A stretch of DNA of 64,000 nt from an uncultured Planctomycetales bacterium (GCA_964630825.1 CAZVZR010000002.1:19648-83647); one strand, 5' to 3'. Numbered from the stretch's first letter, positions 26,974-37,850 are shown. Notes: generated by a model from the letters alone, not told the origin. Translations and numbers: made by a program.

Positions 26974-29900
26974 ATGTTAGACTTCTTACTAAGAAATTCC
27001 TCAGTCCAATCCGCGCAGAAGTATATTGATAAGCTTCAGCCGAAGGTTGAATTGCATATTCCTTCCGACCTGCCGTTGCCGAGCATCTCCGTCGTAAAGA
27101 AATTTGCGCAAACAGTTTCGCAAGTAAAAGCATTGGAAGAAACTTTGAGCAAACTTTCGGACCAGCAGTTGCGTGCAAAAACCGAAGAGTTTAAAGAAAA
27201 ATATCAAGTGGCCATTAACGAAAAGAAAGACCGGCTTAAGCAGGCCGTCGAAAATTATCAAAAAGCCCTTCAGCCCGAAGAAAAAGAAAGCCTTAACATT
27301 GACAGGGAAAATATTGAGAAGGAGTTTGTTGCGGCCAAGAAAACAATTTTGGACGAAATCCTTCCCGAGGCTTTTGCCGTCGTGCGTGAAGCAAGCAAGC
27401 GCACATTGCGCATGCGGCATTTCGACGTGCAGATCTTAGGCGGCATGGTGTTGCATAACGGCGATATTGCTGAAATGACCACCGGGGAAGGAAAAACTTT
27501 GGTGGCGACTTTACCGGCGTACCTTAATGCCTTAACCGGTGAAGGCGTTCATGTCGTGACTGTTAATGATTATCTCGCCAAGCGCGACCGCGAATGGATG
27601 GGGCCAGTTTATGAATTTTTGGGTTTGGTCGTCGGGGTCATCCAGCATGATATGGGCCCAGCCGAGCGCCAACATGCCTATAATTGCGATATTACCTATG
27701 GAACCAACAACGAGTTCGGTTTTGATTATTTGCGTGATAACATGGTTAGTTTTAAAGAAGAAATGGTCCAGCGCAAGCATAATTTTGCCATTGTCGATGA
27801 GGTTGACAGTATTCTCGTCGATGAAGCGCGTACACCTTTGATTATTTCCGGCCCGGCGGAAGAGTCCACCGATAAATATTACCGTGCCTTTAATATTTCC
27901 AAACAGCTCAAAGGCAAGCGCGTTGTCGATATGGAAAAAGAAAAAATCGAAGCCAAATACCGCGACGAGAGTTTTGAAAGTTTAACGAAAGGCTATGATT
28001 ACGTCGCGGATGAAAAAGCGAAAGCGGTTTCGTTGACGGAAGAAGGAGAAGAAAAAGCGGCAAAAATGTTCGGCGTCGAAACGTTGCACGACATGGAAAC
28101 CATTGAATATCGGCATCATATCTTGCAATCGCTAAAAGCCAAAGAATTTTTCTTCATCGATGTTGATTATGTCGTGCGTGACGGCGAGGTCATTATTGTC
28201 GATGAGTTTACCGGGCGCCTCATGCCCGGCCGCCGCTGGTCAGATGGGTTGCATCAGGCGGTTGAGGCTAAAGAAGGCATCAAGATTGAGCGGGAAAATC
28301 AGACACTGGCGACGATTACTTTTCAAAATTATTTTAGATTGTACGAGAAATTATCCGGCATGACCGGTACGGCCGTTACCGAGGAGATTGAATTTAAAAA
28401 AATTTATGATTTGGATGTTACGGTTGTTCCGACGAATAAACGGGTTAACCGGACGAATCATCCGGACAGCATTTATAAAAATATAAAAGAAAAATACGCG
28501 GCTGTCGTCAATGAAATTGCGGAGTTGCATAAGACCGGCCGCCCGGCATTAGTGGGGACCATTTCGATTGAAAAATCAGAGCGGCTTTCTTCTTTGTTGA
28601 AACAAAAAGGCGTTCCACACCAAGTTTTAAATGCCAAGTTTCATGAAATGGAAGCGCAGATCATCGCGCAGGCCGGCCGTTTTAAAGCTGTCACCATCGC
28701 CACGAACATGGCCGGGCGAGGAACGGATATTGTTTTAGGCGGGAACCCAGAATATTTGGCGAAGAATTTAGCGGAAGAAAAAAATAAAGATAATAAAGAT
28801 GAGGCCGAACGCCAGGCGACGGTCCAAAAATTTTTAGAACAGCTGCGCAAACAGTGCAAGGAAGAACACGATAAAGTTGTTGAGTTAGGCGGGCTGCATG
28901 TTATCGGCACCGAGCGGCATGAATCCCGCCGGATTGACAATCAGCTGCGCGGCCGCCAGGGCCGCCAGGGTGATCCGGGTTCATCGCGGTTTTATGTTTC
29001 GCTGGAAGACGACCTCATGCGCCTTTTTGGCCCGGCGATGGAACGCGTCGGCGGGCTTATGGATAAATTAGGCGAAGCCGGCGAAGCTCTCGAGCACCCG
29101 TGGCTATCAAAGGCGCTGGAAAATGCCCAGAAGCGCGTCGAGGCGCATAATTTTGAAATCCGCAAACATTTACTTGAATACGACGATGTCATGAACAAAC
29201 AAAGGGAAGTGATTTACGGCATGCGCCGTTCTGTTTTAGACAGCCAGGACGTTAAATATTTAATAGTGGAGGCTGTTTTGGAAACCGTCAACGGCATGGT
29301 CAATCAATGTTTAGCGCCGGCAGCGGAAGATTCCCAGCCGGATTTGGAAGGGTTTGTTATTTATTTAAAATCGAAATTCGGTTACGAATTTAATATTGCG
29401 AAAGAGCAACTGGCCGGTATGACCAAAGAAGAAGTTTTTGACCGGATCAGCGAGGATTTAAAGAAGTTATACGACGAGCGGGAAAAAGAATTCGGCGCCG
29501 AAGCCATGCGGCATTTGGAAAGAATGCTTTTGTTAAATACCATCGACGCGAAATGGAAGGACCACCTTTATGCCATGGATCAACTCAAAGAGGGCGTGGG
29601 GTTGAGGTCTTATGGGCAACGTAATCCTTTGATTGAATATAAAAAGGAAGGCTTTGAAATGTTTCAGATGATGTACGGCTCGATCAATCAGGAAGTTGCT
29701 GAGATCATTTTCCGTATTCAGCCAATTAATCAAGAGCTCCATCGGCCGCGCGGTGTATTCAGCGCCTTGCCCAAGAAACTTGTTCACGATGAAATTTCCG
29801 GCATGTCGCATATGGCTTCTCAACAACCGCCTATGCAAGACATGTCGCCACAACGCGGCGCCCCGCCGTCGGCTCAAAAGCCACGAGAAGCCGAACCTGT

Positions 29901-29985
29901 CCGCAATACCGGCCCCAAGGTCGGGCGTAATGACCCCTGTCCTTGCGGCAGCGGCAAAAAGTATAAAAAATGCTGCGGGGCGTAG
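26974..29985 (+). CDS. secA: Preprotein translocase ATPase SecA
   Basis: [70 protein letters not shown]-terminal zinc finger [14 protein letters not shown]. Confidence 0.95.
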   Translation: MLDFLLRNSSVQSAQKYIDKLQPKVELHIPSDLPLPSISVVKKFAQTVSQVKALEETLSKLSDQQLRAKTEEFKEKYQVAINEKKDRLKQAVENYQKALQPEEKESLNIDRENIEKEFVAAKKTILDEILPEAFAVVREASKRTLRMRHFDVQILGGMVLHNGDIAEMTTGEGKTLVATLPAYLNALTGEGVHVVTVNDYLAKRDREWMGPVYEFLGLVVGVIQHDMGPAERQHAYNCDITYGTNNEFGFDYLRDNMVSFKEEMVQRKHNFAIVDEVDSILVDEARTPLIISGPAEESTDKYYRAFNISKQLKGKRVVDMEKEKIEAKYRDESFESLTKGYDYVADEKAKAVSLTEEGEEKAAKMFGVETLHDMETIEYRHHILQSLKAKEFFFIDVDYVVRDGEVIIVDEFTGRLMPGRRWSDGLHQAVEAKEGIKIERENQTLATITFQNYFRLYEKLSGMTGTAVTEEIEFKKIYDLDVTVVPTNKRVNRTNHPDSIYKNIKEKYAAVVNEIAELHKTGRPALVGTISIEKSERLSSLLKQKGVPHQVLNAKFHEMEAQIIAQAGRFKAVTIATNMAGRGTDIVLGGNPEYLAKNLAEEKNKDNKDEAERQATVQKFLEQLRKQCKEEHDKVVELGGLHVIGTERHESRRIDNQLRGRQGRQGDPGSSRFYVSLEDDLMRLFGPAMERVGGLMDKLGEAGEALEHPWLSKALENAQKRVEAHNFEIRKHLLEYDDVMNKQREVIYGMRRSVLDSQDVKYLIVEAVLETVNGMVNQCLAPAAEDSQPDLEGFVIYLKSKFGYEFNIAKEQLAGMTKEEVFDRISEDLKKLYDEREKEFGAEAMRHLERMLLLNTIDAKWKDHLYAMDQLKEGVGLRSYGQRNPLIEYKKEGFEMFQMMYGSINQEVAEIIFRIQPINQELHRPRGVFSALPKKLVHDEISGMSHMASQQPPMQDMSPQRGAPPSAQKPREAEPVRNTGPKVGRNDPCPCGSGKKYKKCCGA

Positions 29986-29986
29986 C

Positions 29987-31603
29987 ATGATTTCTCTCGC
30001 CTTAAGTTTCTTCTCCGGCATATTATTAATTTTTGCTTTTCCTCAAACCGATATCTGGCCATTAGCGTGGGTCGGGTTAATCCCGCTTTTTTACGCGCTT
30101 GACGGGAAAAAGCCTTTTTCGGCTTTTGGTGCCGGGTATTTATGCGGAATAGTTTTTTTTAGCGGGACACTTTATTGGCTGGGGCATGTGACAGTTATTG
30201 GCACGGTTGTTTTGATTTTCTATCTTTCCTTATATTTCGGTTTATTTGGAATTCTCTACAGTTATTTTGTCGATTTTCCGTTTACGACAAAAAGCATTCT
30301 TCTTCCGAGCAGCTGGGTCGCTCTTGAATATTTGCGAGCACATTTATTTTCTGGTTTTGGCTGGGTAAGCCTGGGGCATTCGCAGTATAAATTTTTGCCG
30401 CTTATTCAAATCGCCGATGTAACGGGTGTGGGGGGTGTTTCTTTTCTTCTTGTTTTATCTAATTTAATTTTAAAGGAACAAGTCGGCCGCCGTCATATAT
30501 TAAACCCAAATTTTGCATCGGATACGAACTACCGTGAGTACTCCCAAAACAAAAGGATGCATGCAAAAGGTGGGTTTAACCCCGACAAGCGTGGTCAAAT
30601 CTCGGCGAGATTTGACCAGTCGGCCCTACGGGCGGATTTTGCTATTGCAAAATCCGGGTTAAGAGTAACGTGGGCTTTTATTTTCATTGTTTTTGTTGTG
30701 TTAAGTTACGGCTATTTTTGTTTATCCCAACCGTACGGGGCAAAAACCATTAATGCCGCAGTTGTTCAAGGCAACGTCCCGCAGCATTTAAAATGGGATG
30801 AGCCTTTATGGCCCAAGACCTTTGATGAACATATAACCTTAACCAAGGAAGCTGCCCAAGCGCACGCTGATTTGGTTGTCTGGCCGGAAACATCTTTGCC
30901 CGGAATTTTAGAAGAGGATGTCCAATATCCTGCCGCCTTGTCGGATTTTATCAAATCGATACAAATTCCTTTATTGTACGGTGTTGTCACCAAGGAAGAT
31001 CATTATTACAATGCTGCGGTCTTATTGTCAAAGGACGGAGATGTTCTTGATAAATACAGGAAGATTCATTTGGTTCCTTTTGGTGAGTTTGTTCCTTTCC
31101 GCAAAGAGTTGCCGTTTTTGGCCTCTTTGGTGCAAGTAGAAGATTTTTCCCCGGGCAGAAAATATACTTTATTTTCACTAGCGCAGAACAAGTTTGCCGT
31201 TTTAATTTGTTTTGAAGATACTCTCGCTAATCTCGTGCGGGAATTTGTCCGGCAAGGGGCGCAACTTTTGGTGAATATCACCAATGATGCCTGGTTTATG
31301 GATACAAAAGAGCCGTTTATTCATTTACAATCGGCTGTCTTTTCCGCCGTTGAAAATAAGCGCGATCTTATCCGTGCGGCGAATACCGGCGTGAGTTGTT
31401 TTATTGATCGTTATGGGCGGGTGACGAAATATTTAGAGGATTCCCGCGGGAAAAAAACATTTACTCCCGGTATGGCTTTACACGAAGTTCATTTTTATGA
31501 CGGCCTGACCTTTTATACAAAATTCGGAGATTTTTTTACATATTTGTGTTTTTTATGTATACTATTAGCGATTTTCAAAAAAGGCCGAACACGTCCCGTT
31601 TGA
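29987..31603 (+). CDS. lnt: Apolipoprotein N-acyltransferase
   Basis: N-terminal multi-TM domain. C-terminal CN-hydrolase domain with VVWPETSLPG, KIHLVPFGEFVP and VLICFEDT (E-K-C triad). The first ATG lies 1 nt after the secA stop. The track ORF starts upstream, inside secA. Confidence 0.85.
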   Translation: MISLALSFFSGILLIFAFPQTDIWPLAWVGLIPLFYALDGKKPFSAFGAGYLCGIVFFSGTLYWLGHVTVIGTVVLIFYLSLYFGLFGILYSYFVDFPFTTKSILLPSSWVALEYLRAHLFSGFGWVSLGHSQYKFLPLIQIADVTGVGGVSFLLVLSNLILKEQVGRRHILNPNFASDTNYREYSQNKRMHAKGGFNPDKRGQISARFDQSALRADFAIAKSGLRVTWAFIFIVFVVLSYGYFCLSQPYGAKTINAAVVQGNVPQHLKWDEPLWPKTFDEHITLTKEAAQAHADLVVWPETSLPGILEEDVQYPAALSDFIKSIQIPLLYGVVTKEDHYYNAAVLLSKDGDVLDKYRKIHLVPFGEFVPFRKELPFLASLVQVEDFSPGRKYTLFSLAQNKFAVLICFEDTLANLVREFVRQGAQLLVNITNDAWFMDTKEPFIHLQSAVFSAVENKRDLIRAANTGVSCFIDRYGRVTKYLEDSRGKKTFTPGMALHEVHFYDGLTFYTKFGDFFTYLCFLCILLAIFKKGRTRPV

Positions 31604-31637
31604 AAATACGTTTGATAAAGAACACACAATAACCACT

Positions 31638-32027
31638 ATGAAAAATAATTTAATAACAGTGAAAATTGTCGGTTGGTTGGAAACAATTATCTCCGCCCGG
31701 ATTTTGCTTTTTTGTATTCCGGTCCTTTTAAGCAAATATCTTCAGAAGAATTTTTCTCCCCTTAACTTAGAAGACTGGTTTATTGTTATCTTAACGTATA
31801 CCGCCTTTGTTTATTTTCTCGTTGGCGTATCCACATTAACAGTTTATCGTTCCTGGAGGTTTTTGCATTATGCCGCATTTATCCTTACGGCGGTGGTAAC
31901 CTCAAGTTTGGTGAGGGTATCTTTGCAAACACAAATACCTGTCCACTGGGGGCATTTTATTCCTTTATCGGCAGCTATTTTTGTGATATTAGTATTAAAG
32001 TTGTTGGAAGATAAGCAAAAACAGTAA
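31638..32027 (+). CDS. Small integral membrane protein (4 TM), unknown function
   Basis: A 129-aa hydrophobic ORF in the intergenic slot between lnt and the response regulator. Confidence 0.5.
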   Translation: MKNNLITVKIVGWLETIISARILLFCIPVLLSKYLQKNFSPLNLEDWFIVILTYTAFVYFLVGVSTLTVYRSWRFLHYAAFILTAVVTSSLVRVSLQTQIPVHWGHFIPLSAAIFVILVLKLLEDKQKQ

Positions 32028-32039
32028 GGAGGTTCTCCG

Positions 32040-32435
32040 ATGGGTGCAGCTGAAAAAACGAAATGGAAATGTGTTTTAATCATCGACGATGACGAGACAC
32101 AGATAAAAACCGTCCGGCCGATATTGATTTCAAGCGGTTATTCTGTTATTTCAGCGCAAACGGGGGAAGAGGGGTTACAGTTGGCCAGGGCGCAATTACC
32201 CGACCTTATCCTTTTAGATGTTATTCTTCCCGGGATTAAAGGGCGGGATGTTTGCCGGCAAATCAAAGAAGATGAAAAAACGAAAAAAATTCCGGTTATA
32301 TTTTTGACAGCCAAAGGTTCGATGGATGATATAGAAGCTGAACTAGATGCGGGGGCGGTGGCGCATTTAACGAAGCCGGTTGACAGGAAAAAATTAATCA
32401 CTCTTATCCAAGAAACTTTAAAAGACGAAAAGTAA
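32040..32435 (+). CDS. Single-domain response regulator (CheY-like receiver)
   Basis: VLIIDDDETQ...LPDLILLDVILPGIKGRDVCRQIK...IPVIFLTAKG (phospho-acceptor Asp, conserved T and K). Confidence 0.8.
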   Translation: MGAAEKTKWKCVLIIDDDETQIKTVRPILISSGYSVISAQTGEEGLQLARAQLPDLILLDVILPGIKGRDVCRQIKEDEKTKKIPVIFLTAKGSMDDIEAELDAGAVAHLTKPVDRKKLITLIQETLKDEK

Positions 32436-32506
32436 AGATTTGTTCTTCGCAGGCACCCTTCCTTTTTTAATTCTGTCTAAAGTTAACAACACAGACTCCT
32501 TGATTC

Positions 32507-33445
32507 ATGAACCAAAAAAATTATTTTAAACGATTCCAGAGAGCATCGGCCCGCTATGGGCTGTCTGTTTTTTACCGAGTTTTCTCCGTCCTTCCTTTTT
32601 GGATAATCCGCGGGATAGCAACAATTCTGTTAGCCATCGGCTTTAGCCTTATCCTTCGTCAGAAAAAAGTGGCCCGGGAGAGTTTGAAAATAGCTTTTGG
32701 CAAGGAAAAGTCAAAAGAAGAAGTTGAGTCTATCATGAACCAGTGCTTTATGAACCTGGGCTGGAATATGGTAGAGATGATTTATTCTCTTTCCCATGCC
32801 CAGGAAGTTCCTCGGCATATAACCGTTGAGGGTCAACAGTATCTTGATCAGGCTTTGGCAAAAGGACGCGGCGTTGTGGCCGTGACCGCCCATTTTGGGA
32901 ATTTTCCTTTGATGATGTTGTATTTCGCGGTACAAAAATATAAAACGAACGCCATCATTCGTCCGGCACGGGATGAAAAATTGGAAGAATTTCTGCTTCA
33001 AAAACGTAAAGAATGCGGACTCAATACCGTTTATGCCGTCCCGCGGCATCAGTGCGTGACCGAGGCGATTAAAGTCTTAAGGAATAATGAAATTCTTTTT
33101 GTGCCTATGGATCAGAATTTTGGCAGTTCCGGCGGTATTTATGTTGATTTCTTCGGCCAAAAAGCAGCGACGGCCACCGGCCCGATTGTTTTTGCCAGCC
33201 GCACCCAAGCGGCGATTGTCCCGATGTTTATTGTCCGGCAAGGGAGGGACACGCATAAAATTATTATTGAAAAACCTCTTGAGCTGGAAAAAGGCAGTAA
33301 TGATGATGAAATGATGTACAAAAATATTTCCAAGCTTACAAATTTGATTGAACAATATATCCGCCGTTATCCCTATGAATGGGGCTGGATGCACCGGCGC
33401 TGGAAGACGCGGGAATATGAATCGAAGTATCTTCCTAATGCGTAA
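32507..33445 (+). CDS. Lipid A late acyltransferase (LpxL/HtrB/MsbB family)
   Basis: N-terminal membrane anchor. HX4D/E-type motif VTAHFGNFPLMM. Family-typical length (312 aa) and C-terminus YPYEWGWMHRRWK. Confidence 0.75.
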   Translation: MNQKNYFKRFQRASARYGLSVFYRVFSVLPFWIIRGIATILLAIGFSLILRQKKVARESLKIAFGKEKSKEEVESIMNQCFMNLGWNMVEMIYSLSHAQEVPRHITVEGQQYLDQALAKGRGVVAVTAHFGNFPLMMLYFAVQKYKTNAIIRPARDEKLEEFLLQKRKECGLNTVYAVPRHQCVTEAIKVLRNNEILFVPMDQNFGSSGGIYVDFFGQKAATATGPIVFASRTQAAIVPMFIVRQGRDTHKIIIEKPLELEKGSNDDEMMYKNISKLTNLIEQYIRRYPYEWGWMHRRWKTREYESKYLPNA

Positions 33446-33511
33446 ATGTAAAGAGGAGTCGCTCGTTGCTGGGCGCTCGAGCAACGAAAAAACGAGCAAC
33501 GGAGTGAAATA

Positions 33512-33676
33512 ATGAATAAACATTTTTTAATGTCAATAATAGGCTGTTTGCTGTTGGTCGTTGGCGTGGCGCTCATTCTGCGCTGGTGGCCGGACTTAGC
33601 CAGCTTCTTCCGCGGCGTGATCGGCATAATATTGACGCTGGCTGGTCTGCTTGTGCTTTATTCTTTAAAGAAATGA
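33512..33676 (+). CDS. Small (54 aa) two-helix membrane protein, not in the ORF track
   Basis: MNKHFLMSIIGCLLLVVGVALILRWWPDLASFFRGVIGIILTLAGLLVLYSLKK. GGAG RBS 8 nt upstream. Its stop overlaps (ATGA) the start of the HAD gene. Confidence 0.45.
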   Translation: MNKHFLMSIIGCLLLVVGVALILRWWPDLASFFRGVIGIILTLAGLLVLYSLKK

Positions 33677-34329
33677 GCAGAGTTAAGTTAGTCATCTTCG
33701 ACCTTGATGGGACGCTGGTTGATGCCTATAAAGCGGTATGGCTGAGTCTGAATTTTGCTTTAAAGAAAGCAAGGTTACCCGCCATTGATTATAGGACGGT
33801 CAAGCGCAGCGTCGGCTGGGGAGAGAAAATTTTAGTTGCTTCCTTTGTTTCGCCTCACTTGCAGGAAAAAGCGTTAGCGTTTTATCGAAGACACCATAAA
33901 AAAGCCTTAAAAACTGGGACAAAGTTATTGCCGGGAGCTAAAAATATTCTGGAGTGTCTGCGCAAAAAAGACTTTAAATTAGCAATTGCCAGTAATCGTC
34001 CTACCTTTTTCACCCGTGCCATCCTTAGACATTTGAAAATTTTAAAATATTTTGATTGTGTTTTGTGCGCCGATAAAGTCAAACGGCCCAAGCCTCATCC
34101 TGATCTTTTTCGGGAAATTCTCAAGAGATTAAAAATGAAACCAAACGAAACTGTTTATGTCGGCGATATGGTTATTGATGTGCAGGCCGGCAAAAGAGCC
34201 AAAATAAAAACAATCGCGGTGGCTACGGGATCCAGTACAAAAGCGGAGTTGAGGTGTGCTAAACCCTTTAAATTGATAGATAATTTATCCGGGATAAAGG
34301 GGAGCTTTAAAGGCGCAAAATTACCGTAA
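33673..34329 (+). CDS. HAD-superfamily hydrolase (phosphoglycolate-phosphatase-like)
   Basis: Motif I VIFDLDGTLVD. Motif II IASN. Motif III/IV K...VGDMVIDVQAG. The start is taken at the ATG overlapping the upstream small ORF rather than the track's upstream Met. Confidence 0.75.
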   Translation: MSRVKLVIFDLDGTLVDAYKAVWLSLNFALKKARLPAIDYRTVKRSVGWGEKILVASFVSPHLQEKALAFYRRHHKKALKTGTKLLPGAKNILECLRKKDFKLAIASNRPTFFTRAILRHLKILKYFDCVLCADKVKRPKPHPDLFREILKRLKMKPNETVYVGDMVIDVQAGKRAKIKTIAVATGSSTKAELRCAKPFKLIDNLSGIKGSFKGAKLP

Positions 34330-34486
34330 AAAAAAGTAATGACAATTAATTAATCATGGATATAATGTGGTGGGTAAAAAATATGAGTAAGAGAAAAAGA
34401 AGAGGCAAACTCAACTGGCGTTCCAAAAAAGCCAATCACGGCAACAAACCCAATCAGGGTTAAATTCCCTCTATTAGGATAATACC

Positions 34487-36583
34487 GTGTTTGACATTTT
34501 TATACTTGTTCCTGTTTCAGTCGCAGGCGCGTTAACTTTTGTCTGCTTTCTGGTTGTTTCCATCCTCAAATACAGCGAGGGCAGTCCTAAAATGCAGGAA
34601 ATTGCCGCCGCTGTTCGTGAAGGGGCTTCGGCCTATCTGCAAAGGCAATACCGCGTTTCGAGTGCTTTTTTTGCCGTTGTATTTTTCATCCTGCTGTATC
34701 TTTCCACTCAAGGTTATTTCGTCATTTTTGTCCCGTTTGCTTTCTTAACCGGCATGTTTTTTTCTGTGTTAGCTGGCTTTTGTGGAATGAAGGTGGCTAC
34801 ACTTTCCAGCGCGCGCACGGCCCACGCTTGTCAAACCAGCCTGAATGCGGGTTTGCGTTTGGCGTTTTCATCAGGAGCGGTTATGGGCCTGCTTGTTGTC
34901 AGTTTAGGTTTACTTGATTTAGCCTTATGGTATTACAGTTTGGATTGGTATTATTCTCATAATCCGACACCCATCGGTATGAATAAGATTACGGCCATTA
35001 CCAGTACTATGCTTACTTTTAGTTTGGGGGCTGGCTTTCAGGCCCTCTTCGCCAGAGTTGGCGGCGGGATATTTACCAAGGCCGCCGATGTCGGTGCTGA
35101 TCTTGTAGGAAAAGTAGAGGCCGGTATTCCCGAAGATGACCCGCGTAATCCGGCTGTTATCGCCGACAACGTGGGTGATAATGTCGGTGATGTCGCCGGA
35201 ATGGGAGCGGATTTGTATGAATCGTCCGTCGCTTCCATTGTGGCCACTGCGTCTTTGGGTGTTTCAGCTGGGCTGGGATCAAATGGCGTAATTCTTCCCA
35301 TGCTTATTGCCGCAGCGGGAATATTTGCCTCGATAGTGGGGATCATGCTGGTACATACTAAGGAAGATGCTTCCCAGAAATCTTTACTTAATGCTTTGCG
35401 CAAAGGGATTTTTGCCGCTTCTTTAATTGTGGTTATATCATCGTATTTTCTTATCAAGATTCTATTGGGCGATCAACACATTGGGATTTTTTATTCTATC
35501 ATTTCCGGCTTGGTTGCTGGTATCCTCATCGGATTGTCCACGGAATATTTTACTTCCAGCGAATATGCGCCGACAAAAATAATTGCTGCGGCTTCGCCAA
35601 CAGGGTCCGCGACAGTCGTTATTTCGGGTTTTTCCATAGGCATGTTGTCCACAGCGATCCCGATGGTTATTATCAGCGTTACGATCATTGCCAGTTTTGC
35701 CTTTGCCGGAGGCTTTCAGCATTATCCGTTGGGGCTTTATGGGATTGCTATTGCGGCGGTGGGAATGTTAAGTACGTTGGGGATTACGTTAGCTACGGAT
35801 GCTTATGGGCCGGTCGCTGATAATGCCGGCGGTAACGCCCAAATGGCGGGATTGGACCCGAAAGTCAGGGAACGCACCGATGCCTTGGATGCGCTAGGGA
35901 ATACAACAGCAGCGACGGGAAAAGGCTTTGCGATAGGCTCCGCCCTGTTGACAACATTGGCATTAACTGCCGCATTCAGCGAAAGTGTTGTTCTTAAAGG
36001 GGGAACGATTAATCTCAATTTGATGAATCCGTTGGTTCTTGCCGGATTGCTGTTAGGGGCGATGATGCCTTATTTATTTTCTTCGTTGACGATCAATGCG
36101 GTCGGGCGCGCTGCCGGTCAGATTGTTGTTGAAGTCAGGCGGCAGTTTAAGGAAATTAAAGGCCTTATGGAAGGGAAAGCAAAGCCCGAATATGCGCGTT
36201 GTATTGATATTGTAACAACGGCGGCACTTAAACAAATGTTCCTTCCGGTCCTGTTGTCCGTATTAACACCGATCTTGGTAGGGATAATTTTAGGAATAAA
36301 CAGCCTGGGTGGCTTTTTAGTTGGCGCGACGGCCTCCGGCTTTATGCTCGCTGTTATGATGGCTAATACCGGCGGGGCCTGGGATAATGCCAAGAAATAT
36401 ATTGAGGAAGGGCATTATGAAGGCAAGGGTTCTTTTGCCCATAAAGCCGCTGTGGTGGGCGATACGGTCGGCGATCCGCTTAAAGATACCGCTGGCCCGA
36501 GCATCAATATCCTTATTAAGGTTATGAGTATGGTGGCGATTGTTTTTACCGCGTTTATTTTGCAGCATACTTTTGTGCACTGA
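34487..36583 (+). CDS. hppA: Membrane-bound proton/sodium-translocating pyrophosphatase
   Basis: GGIFTKAADVGADLVGKVE, DDPRNPAVIADNVGDNVGDVAGMGADLYES and AGGNAQMAG. About 16 TM helices. Confidence 0.95.
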   Translation: MFDIFILVPVSVAGALTFVCFLVVSILKYSEGSPKMQEIAAAVREGASAYLQRQYRVSSAFFAVVFFILLYLSTQGYFVIFVPFAFLTGMFFSVLAGFCGMKVATLSSARTAHACQTSLNAGLRLAFSSGAVMGLLVVSLGLLDLALWYYSLDWYYSHNPTPIGMNKITAITSTMLTFSLGAGFQALFARVGGGIFTKAADVGADLVGKVEAGIPEDDPRNPAVIADNVGDNVGDVAGMGADLYESSVASIVATASLGVSAGLGSNGVILPMLIAAAGIFASIVGIMLVHTKEDASQKSLLNALRKGIFAASLIVVISSYFLIKILLGDQHIGIFYSIISGLVAGILIGLSTEYFTSSEYAPTKIIAAASPTGSATVVISGFSIGMLSTAIPMVIISVTIIASFAFAGGFQHYPLGLYGIAIAAVGMLSTLGITLATDAYGPVADNAGGNAQMAGLDPKVRERTDALDALGNTTAATGKGFAIGSALLTTLALTAAFSESVVLKGGTINLNLMNPLVLAGLLLGAMMPYLFSSLTINAVGRAAGQIVVEVRRQFKEIKGLMEGKAKPEYARCIDIVTTAALKQMFLPVLLSVLTPILVGIILGINSLGGFLVGATASGFMLAVMMANTGGAWDNAKKYIEEGHYEGKGSFAHKAAVVGDTVGDPLKDTAGPSINILIKVMSMVAIVFTAFILQHTFVH

Positions 36584-36643
36584 GGGCTTGCTTCGGCAAT
36601 TTTTATTATCGACAACAAGTTGAAGGATTGTTAGAATAAAAAA

Positions 36644-37048
36644 ATGAAAAATTTTTTCAATAATTGCTTAAAGGCAATAGTTATGGGCGGATTGTTGTTG
36701 TCCCTTTCCGGCTGCGTTTATTTGATTATCGGCGGGATAGGGGCAGTGGGTGGTTACGTGATTAGTCCGGATACCGTTGAAGGGATGACGAATGCCAAGG
36801 AAAAGGAAGTTTGGAACTCGGCTGTTGATGTGATTTCCATCATGGGGTTAATCATGGAGCAAAAGGAATCCGGTGGCATCATGATTGCCAACATTCAGGG
36901 TGCTAAAGTCACAATTACGTTGCAGACAATCAATTCCACCACCACGAGGCTGCGGGTCAAAGCCCGTCGGGCTTTTATTCCTAAAATATCCATTGCCCAA
37001 GAAGTATTTGTGAAAATCATGGGGCAAACCAGTAGTGAGAGTAAGTAA
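36644..37048 (+). CDS. Lipoprotein of unknown function
   Basis: Signal peptide with lipobox LSLSGC. 134 aa. Confidence 0.6.
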   Translation: MKNFFNNCLKAIVMGGLLLSLSGCVYLIIGGIGAVGGYVISPDTVEGMTNAKEKEVWNSAVDVISIMGLIMEQKESGGIMIANIQGAKVTITLQTINSTTTRLRVKARRAFIPKISIAQEVFVKIMGQTSSESK

Positions 37049-37144
37049 GGTCTTGACAATTGACCACTTTGTGTTTTATATTTAAACCCGGATGGCATAG
37101 TAGTCATCAATTTAGAACAGTAAAAAGTTAAGAAGGCAATGTTG

Positions 37145-37180
37145 CCCTGCATCAAGTGCGATGCGGGGCTTTTTTATTTT
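37145..37180 (+). terminator. Rho-independent terminator (first of a tandem pair)
   Basis: CCCTGCATC-aagtgc-GATGCGGGG, then cTTTTTTATTTT. Confidence 0.6.
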
Positions 37181-37216
37181 GTAAACAGTGTTTGTTTACA
37201 AGTTTTAGGCGAGGGA

Positions 37217-37250
37217 GCCCTGGAAGAAATAGTCCAGGGCTTTTTTTATT
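37217..37250 (+). terminator. Rho-independent terminator (second of a tandem pair)
   Basis: GCCCTGGA-agaaatag-TCCAGGGC, then TTTTTTTATT. Confidence 0.8.
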
Positions 37251-37335
37251 CGCAGTCCCGACATTCGCTCTGCTCAGTCGGGATCCCGACCGAACGCAAG
37301 GGAGTGTCGGGAAAGACCACAGGGTCCATTTTTAT

Positions 37336-37717
37336 GCACGAGAGGCGAGACAAAGAAAAAAGGCTATGGCGTGATAATATGCGCCGCAATATCGAAGAGA
37401 CGATTTTGCCCTTGATCGAAAGAATGAAAAAGCGTGGCAGTCCCTCCGACCAAAAAAATTTAATGTTGTTAGAAAGATCGCTGCAGAGCTTGGCAGGATC
37501 GTTTGAATTTACTTTAATGGATAGAAAATGGCGGCTTTCAGTTAGGGAAATCGAAATTTGCAAGATGTTAAAAAATGATTGCACGACAAAAGATGTTGCC
37601 GAAATGCTCAATATTTCTGAACGTACCATTGACCATCACCGTAATCACATCCGCAAGAAATTGGGGATCTCTCGGGCGGTAGATTTGGCGAAATATTTAA
37701 AAAAATTCTTTCTCTAA
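37336..37717 (+). CDS. LuxR/FixJ-family HTH transcriptional regulator (small, no receiver domain)
   Basis: C-terminal HTH LSVREIEICKMLKNDCTTKDVAEMLNISERTIDHHRNHIRKKLGI. The track's upstream Met (37139) would read through two terminators. The start is placed at the first ATG after them and remains uncertain. Confidence 0.65.
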
Positions 37718-37850
37718 GAAGGTACCTATAAAAATGGGCATTGACGCTGTGAAAATATAACTTATACTTAACGTAACTTGTTTTAGGGTTAGCAAAGACG
37801 CAGCCTTGAAACAGCCGTTTCAGCGAAGAAACATAAAAAGGACTATGACG

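Noticed and set aside
27001-29198. Multiple minus-strand ORFs (27001-27420, 27270-27482, 27532-27780, 28641-28940, 28992-29198) and small + ORFs within secA
   Set aside because: They lie entirely inside the well-supported secA reading frame. Their composition is typical of out-of-frame translation of a conserved gene.
33455-33510. Hairpin GCTCGTTGCT…AGCAACGA(G) with a duplicated CGAGCAACG after the lpxL-like gene, as a terminator
   Set aside because: The stem is AT-poor but is followed by an A-run rather than a U-run on the coding strand. It may still be a weak terminator or a regulatory hairpin, but the evidence is insufficient to annotate it.
35038-36618. Ala/Pro/Ser-rich antisense ORFs within the H+-pyrophosphatase gene
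   Set aside because: Codon-bias shadows of a GC-skewed membrane-protein gene. hppA occupies the locus with unmistakable motifs.
37139-37335. The upstream extension of the LuxR-type regulator ORF, and the overlapping ORF 37156-37374
   Set aside because: The extension would have to be translated through two strong intrinsic terminators and a repeat array. It is more plausibly a non-coding leader.
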